Source of the DNA: an uncultured virus (IMG/VR IMGVR_UViG_3300009618_000004)
Lineage: Duplodnaviria; Heunggongvirae; Uroviricota; Caudoviricetes
Length of the DNA stretch: 20,000 nucleotides
IMG/VR virus record: IMGVR_UViG_3300009618_000004
Reading direction: 5' to 3' (one strand)
The notes under the pieces are model-generated. The model saw only the letters and a program-made list of their open reading frames with translations. It searched no databases and was not told the DNA's origin. A program made the translations under genes and the position numbers. Below, one piece after another: positions 16,647 through 20,000 of this stretch (positions are counted from its first letter, which is position 1; each line of letters starts with the position of its first letter).

Positions 16647-16728
16647 CAGTCCACGCATAGACCAAACCCAAGCCCGAGGCCGGCGGCGAGCAGTACCGGC
16701 CAAGTCCACCAGGACAGGAGCGCAAGAA

Positions 16729-16980
16729 ATGATCTTCCCGACGATCCACTTCAACGGCACCAGCAAGCAACAGTTACTCGATGACTATTGCGACGTGAGC
16801 CATGCGCTCAATGCCGCAATAGAAAAGATGATCGAGAACGGACCGAACGCCAGAGACTATTACCCGGCAGGCGACCAGGCGTTCCCGCAGGCCATCAAGG
16901 AACACTACGACCGCATCGAGAAGATCCACGCAGTTAAAGCGGAGATCGACCAGATCGCCGAACATATCGCCGACGCCTAG
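16729..16980 (+). CDS. Hypothetical protein (PTIHFNGTS..PNARDYYP)
   Basis: AGGAG RBS; GC3-rich codon usage. Confidence 0.8.
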   Translation: MIFPTIHFNGTSKQQLLDDYCDVSHALNAAIEKMIENGPNARDYYPAGDQAFPQAIKEHYDRIEKIHAVKAEIDQIAEHIADA

Positions 16981-17023
16981 ATCATCCACGCACCAGCAAA
17001 CTGAAAGGAAAGGAACCATCACC

Positions 17024-17179
17024 GTGAAGAAGACGATCCAACTCAAGTACAAGAAGTCAACCAAGGGCACCCACGTTTACGAGAACGAGGACTTCGCCCT
17101 GTCGATCTACCTTCCGCGCGCGCTCTTCGATAACCCAGCCGCGCCGCCTCAAATACTCACGTTCACCATTGAAGGGTGA
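17024..17179 (+). CDS. 51-aa hypothetical protein (MKKTIQLKYKKSTKGTHVYE...), not in the ORF track
   Basis: AAGGA RBS, GTG start, strongly GC3-biased codons, TGA 17177-17179. Confidence 0.7.
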   Translation: MKKTIQLKYKKSTKGTHVYENEDFALSIYLPRALFDNPAAPPQILTFTIEG

Positions 17180-17289
17180 ACCCCAGCCCGGCCGCAAGGC
17201 CGGCAAGCTCTCAACAGTCCACCTCCAGGCGAACAGCCACGGCGAGAGCGGCACAGCCAACGGACACGAAAGGAAAGGAACGGTATTCA

Positions 17290-17799
17290 ATGAAGTATCT
17301 TGTCAGATGGGAAATTGACTCCGACGCCGCAACGCCGCTCGAAGCCGCAAGAGAGGCACGCGCGGCACAACTTGAACCCGGAAGTATCGCGACCATCTTT
17401 GATGTGTTTCCTGTCCATCCGGCGGGATGCTTAGGAGATAGCACGCGCATCGACCTCGAAGAACTGACCACCGAAGAAGAAGCTGAGGCCAATGCCGGAA
17501 TCATCCCTCACGATCCGCAGGCCGAACAGCCAGAGGAAAAACAGCAGTACAGAAACTATTACCTCTGCACTCACGAAGGAACCAAAGATAGCGGCAAGCC
17601 TGTAACTGAATGGCATGATGATTGGTCGGCCACCTGCAACGACCGCTGCCCACTCTGCAATCTGGAAGTCGAGCCGTACCACTCTGAGGATTTAACAACA
17701 AAGAAACCCTTCACTTGCCGTGGATGTGGCCGAGAAGAGAGCGAATGCAGCGCGAACCCTTGCGCCGGCGTGATTGCAGATCGTGAGGCGGCCATATGA
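17290..17799 (+). CDS. Hypothetical protein with Cys-rich modules
   Basis: AAGGA RBS; ATGA-coupled to the next gene. Confidence 0.75.
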   Translation: MKYLVRWEIDSDAATPLEAAREARAAQLEPGSIATIFDVFPVHPAGCLGDSTRIDLEELTTEEEAEANAGIIPHDPQAEQPEEKQQYRNYYLCTHEGTKDSGKPVTEWHDDWSATCNDRCPLCNLEVEPYHSEDLTTKKPFTCRGCGREESECSANPCAGVIADREAAI

Positions 17800-18179
17800 C
17801 AGCCCGCCGCATTTTTGTTTTTGGCTCGAACCTCTCCGGTATCCACGGAGGCGGAGCCGCGCGCTATGCCTACGATAACCACGGCGCAGAGTGGGGAGTC
17901 GGCGAAGGTCTAACCGGCGACTGCTACGCCCTGCCAACCAAAGAGGCCAATGTGCGCGATACTCGAAGCGTTGCCGATATATCACAGAGTGTTGCGCTGT
18001 TCTTGGAGTTCGCCGCTGCTCATCCTGAGTTAACGCTTCATGTTACCCGCGTAGGTTGCGGCTTGGCTGGGTTCGTCGATGAACAAATAGCGCCCATGTT
18101 TTTTGGTGCGGGAAGCAATTGCGAGTTCGATCCCGCGTGGAGTAAGTTCAACCTGCAATCCTGGAAGGAGACGATGTGA
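17796..18179 (+). CDS. Macrodomain-like phage protein (A1S_2505-like family)
   Basis: IFVFGSNLSGIHGGGAA..YALPTK..VTRVGCGLAG..IAPMF. Confidence 0.8.
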   Translation: MTARRIFVFGSNLSGIHGGGAARYAYDNHGAEWGVGEGLTGDCYALPTKEANVRDTRSVADISQSVALFLEFAAAHPELTLHVTRVGCGLAGFVDEQIAPMFFGAGSNCEFDPAWSKFNLQSWKETM

Positions 18180-18180
18180 G
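17962..18180 (+). repeat. 219-bp direct repeat, copy 1
   Basis: Aligns without gaps to 19287-19505; 23 mismatches by manual count. Confidence 0.95.
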
Positions 18181-18637
18181 ATCCCGCCGCCTGCCATTTC
18201 CTGCCGATCCGCACTGGATCGAGGCCCACACCGCCAGCATTCTGAAGTCGGTCAAGAATTGGAATTGGCGCTATTATGAGGCCCACACGCGCACCATCTT
18301 GCAACCCGGCGAGTCGTATTGCAAAGATGAATTCATGTTCACCCAGGACCACGCCGACGACCTGATTGTGGTCTCAGCCACCAGCGGCAACAGTTGGGAG
18401 CCGCCGCTGCCCGTCGAGATGGTCAAGGTAACGGCCGTCAAGGGCGGGCGCAACAAGCACGGAGGATACACCGGGGAGCGGGAATTCCTTGTGCCGGCGG
18501 ACGAGTACAAGGCCCGCGGGCCGCATGGCTTTATCGTGGACCCGGCGCGGCACCAGGAGATTATCAAGCCGGTTGCCGCGGCAATCATCGAGCAACCCCA
18601 GGGCGCGCGGATCTACTACCCCGTTGCCATTGCCTGA
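18176..18637 (+). CDS. Hypothetical protein, possibly the C-terminal part of a DUF7007-like protein
   Basis: AAGGAG RBS, GTGA coupling; LQPGES..IVVSA..FLVPADEY..GFIVDPARH (family link recalled, not verified). Confidence 0.65.
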   Translation: MRSRRLPFPADPHWIEAHTASILKSVKNWNWRYYEAHTRTILQPGESYCKDEFMFTQDHADDLIVVSATSGNSWEPPLPVEMVKVTAVKGGRNKHGGYTGEREFLVPADEYKARGPHGFIVDPARHQEIIKPVAAAIIEQPQGARIYYPVAIA

Positions 18638-18669
18638 AACAATCACACAACACACGAAACGAGGATATC

Positions 18670-19284
18670 ATGAGCAAAAGAGATGAATTGGTCGCAGAAA
18701 TACGAGGAAAAATTAGTACAGCCAAGATGCCGTACTCGGTCTGGGCCAAGATGCCGGACTCGTTCTGGGCCAATATGCCGGACTCGGTCTGGGCCAAGAT
18801 GCCGTACTCGGTCTGGGCCAAGATGCCGTACTCGGTCTGGGCCAAGATGCCGGACTCGTTCTGGGCCAAGATGCCGGACTCGGTCTGGGCCAAGATGCCG
18901 TACTCGTTCTGGGCCAATATGCCGGACTCGGTCTGGGCCAAGATGCCGGACTCGTTCTGGGCCAAGATGCCGTACTCGTTCTGGGCCAAGATGCCGTACT
19001 CGGTCTGGGCCAAGATGCCGTACTCGGTCTGGGCCAAGATGCCGGACTCGTTCTGGGCCAATATGCCGTACTCGGTCTGGGCCTATATGCCGGACTCGTT
19101 CTGGGCCAAGATGCCGGACTCGTTCTGGGCCAATATGCCGGACTCGGTCTGGGCCAATATGCCGGACTCGGTCTGGGCCTATATGCCGGACTCGTTCTGG
19201 GCCAAGAAGATTTTGGATAATCTGCCTGAGTCTGTTCTTGAGTCAATCAAAGAGTCGTTAATGAACCCAGGGCGGCCAGTGTGA
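18670..19284 (+). CDS. Octapeptide-repeat protein, MP(Y/D)S(V/F)WA(K/N/Y) x20
   Basis: GAGGA RBS before ATG 18670; unique N- and C-terminal caps in frame with the repeat. Confidence 0.8.
   Translation: MSKRDELVAEIRGKISTAKMPYSVWAKMPDSFWANMPDSVWAKMPYSVWAKMPYSVWAKMPDSFWAKMPDSVWAKMPYSFWANMPDSVWAKMPDSFWAKMPYSFWAKMPYSVWAKMPYSVWAKMPDSFWANMPYSVWAYMPDSFWAKMPDSFWANMPDSVWANMPDSVWAYMPDSFWAKKILDNLPESVLESIKESLMNPGRPV
18727..19206 (+). repeat. Tandem repeat, 20 x 24 bp: ATGCCG[T/G]ACTCG[G/T]TCTGGGCC[AAG/AAT/TAT]
   Basis: Counted directly; no spacers. Confidence 0.98.
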
Positions 19285-19286
19285 CG

Positions 19287-19505
19287 CTCGAAGCGTTGCT
19301 GATGTGTCGCAGAGCGTTGCCTGCTTCTTAGAGTTCGCCGCCACACATCCAGAATTGACGTTCCATGTTACCCGCGTAGGTTGCGGCTTGGCTGGATTCG
19401 TTGATGAACAAATAGCGCCCATGTTTTTTGGTGCGGGAAGTAATTGCGAGTTCGATCCCGCGTGGAGTAATTTCAACCTGCAATCTTGGAAGGAGACGAT
19501 GTGAG
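19287..19505 (+). pseudogene. Repeat copy 2: 3' fragment of the macrodomain-like gene
   Basis: Encodes ..SQSVACFLEF..VGCGLAG..WKETM* but lacks the N-terminal FVFGSN half. Confidence 0.8.
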
Positions 19506-20000
19506 CGATTCTAAAGAAACACCTATTATCCCAATTCACCAATGGATGAACGGCGGCGATGAGGTTTTGGTCGTCCGCTTTGTGCCGAAAGATGGAAAAT
19601 CTTACGGCGGATTTCAGCACCCGATGACGGTCGGAGAAACAGTAACAGCACCCGACTGGAAAGCCGACTGCACCTGCGGCGGCGGCATCCATGCGTGGCC
19701 TTGGGCGGTTGGACTCGGCGAAGGCAAGGACTGCGACTGGTCTGCGGTCTGGCAGGTTTACGGAGTCAAGCCGAAGGACATTATGCAGGGCGCTTCTGAT
19801 TTGGTTGGAAAAATCAAATTCCGCACGGGGATTTTGCGCTTTCTCGGTAGTTGGGATCAGGCCGCCAATTTTGTATTATCGGGCCAGATGGCTTGGGTGC
19901 ATCAGGCCGCGAGTGGCGCGGCATCGGCCACCGGGGAGAGGGGCGCGGCATCGGCCACCGGGGAGAGGGGCGCGGCATCGGCCACCGGCTTGAGTGGCGC
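19501..20000 (+). CDS. Phage protein with GAASATGxx nonapeptide repeats (DUF7666-like), running off the window
   Basis: AAGGAG RBS + GTG; open to the end: MSDSKET..SYGGFQ..APDW..CGGGIHAWPW..GKIKF.. followed by the repeats. Confidence 0.8.
   Translation, partial: MSDSKETPIIPIHQWMNGGDEVLVVRFVPKDGKSYGGFQHPMTVGETVTAPDWKADCTCGGGIHAWPWAVGLGEGKDCDWSAVWQVYGVKPKDIMQGASDLVGKIKFRTGILRFLGSWDQAANFVLSGQMAWVHQAASGAASATGERGAASATGERGAASATGLSG
19915..20000 (+). repeat. 27-bp tandem repeat GGCGCGGCATCGGCCACCGGGGAGAGG (at least 3 units, truncated)
   Basis: Read directly from the sequence. Confidence 0.9.

Noticed and set aside
16514..16648. tRNA (tRNA-Sec-like CTTCAAA loop and ..GCCA end)
   Set aside because: No T-arm GTTCRA, no proper anticodon stem, and the terminal helix is far too long for a cloverleaf.
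18727..19206. CRISPR array
   Set aside because: Contiguous 24-bp units without unique spacers, in frame within a gene; no cas genes.
18394..19261. Alternative-frame repeat ORFs (18683-19261 +, 18585-19061 -, 18713-19246 -) and the 18394 start
   Set aside because: They are open only because the repeat unit lacks stops. The MPxSxWA frame has the RBS at 18661 and plausible caps.
17962..19505. DGR template/variable repeat pair
   Set aside because: Mismatches are not adenine-specific and are mostly synonymous; no reverse transcriptase in the window.

Overview
Phage or prophage accessory, regulatory and early-gene region. No structural, integrase or replication genes are recognisable, and an Acidobacteria-like host is weakly suggested by one gene. 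Layout: a + strand block (1-2937), a long translationally coupled - strand operon of small phage genes (2942-11919), a control/intergenic zone (~11920-13290) and a + strand early-type cluster (13293-20000). The standout is that both beta-class DNA methyltransferase genes are invaded by HNH endonuclease genes hidden outside the host reading frame. (1) MTase-1 (559-2937) carries an intein (865-1899) with no in-frame endonuclease, while a complete Zn-finger/HNH endonuclease is encoded in the overlapping +1 frame. (2) MTase-2 is split into two ORFs (11461-11919 with SPPY; 9502-10923 with DPFxGSG) by an antisense HNH gene (10926-11573), with no sign of splicing. Other notable items: a ~133-nt structured RNA candidate (16514-16646), a recurring ACCA-loop hairpin directly 5' of four ribosome-binding sites, a 20x24-bp repeat gene with only non-synonymous two-state variation, a 219-bp duplication ending at an RBS/start, gene-junction repeats, twin promoters with a shared operator-like motif, and a pseudo-receiver protein. 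Family assignments come from motif recognition only; no searches were run.
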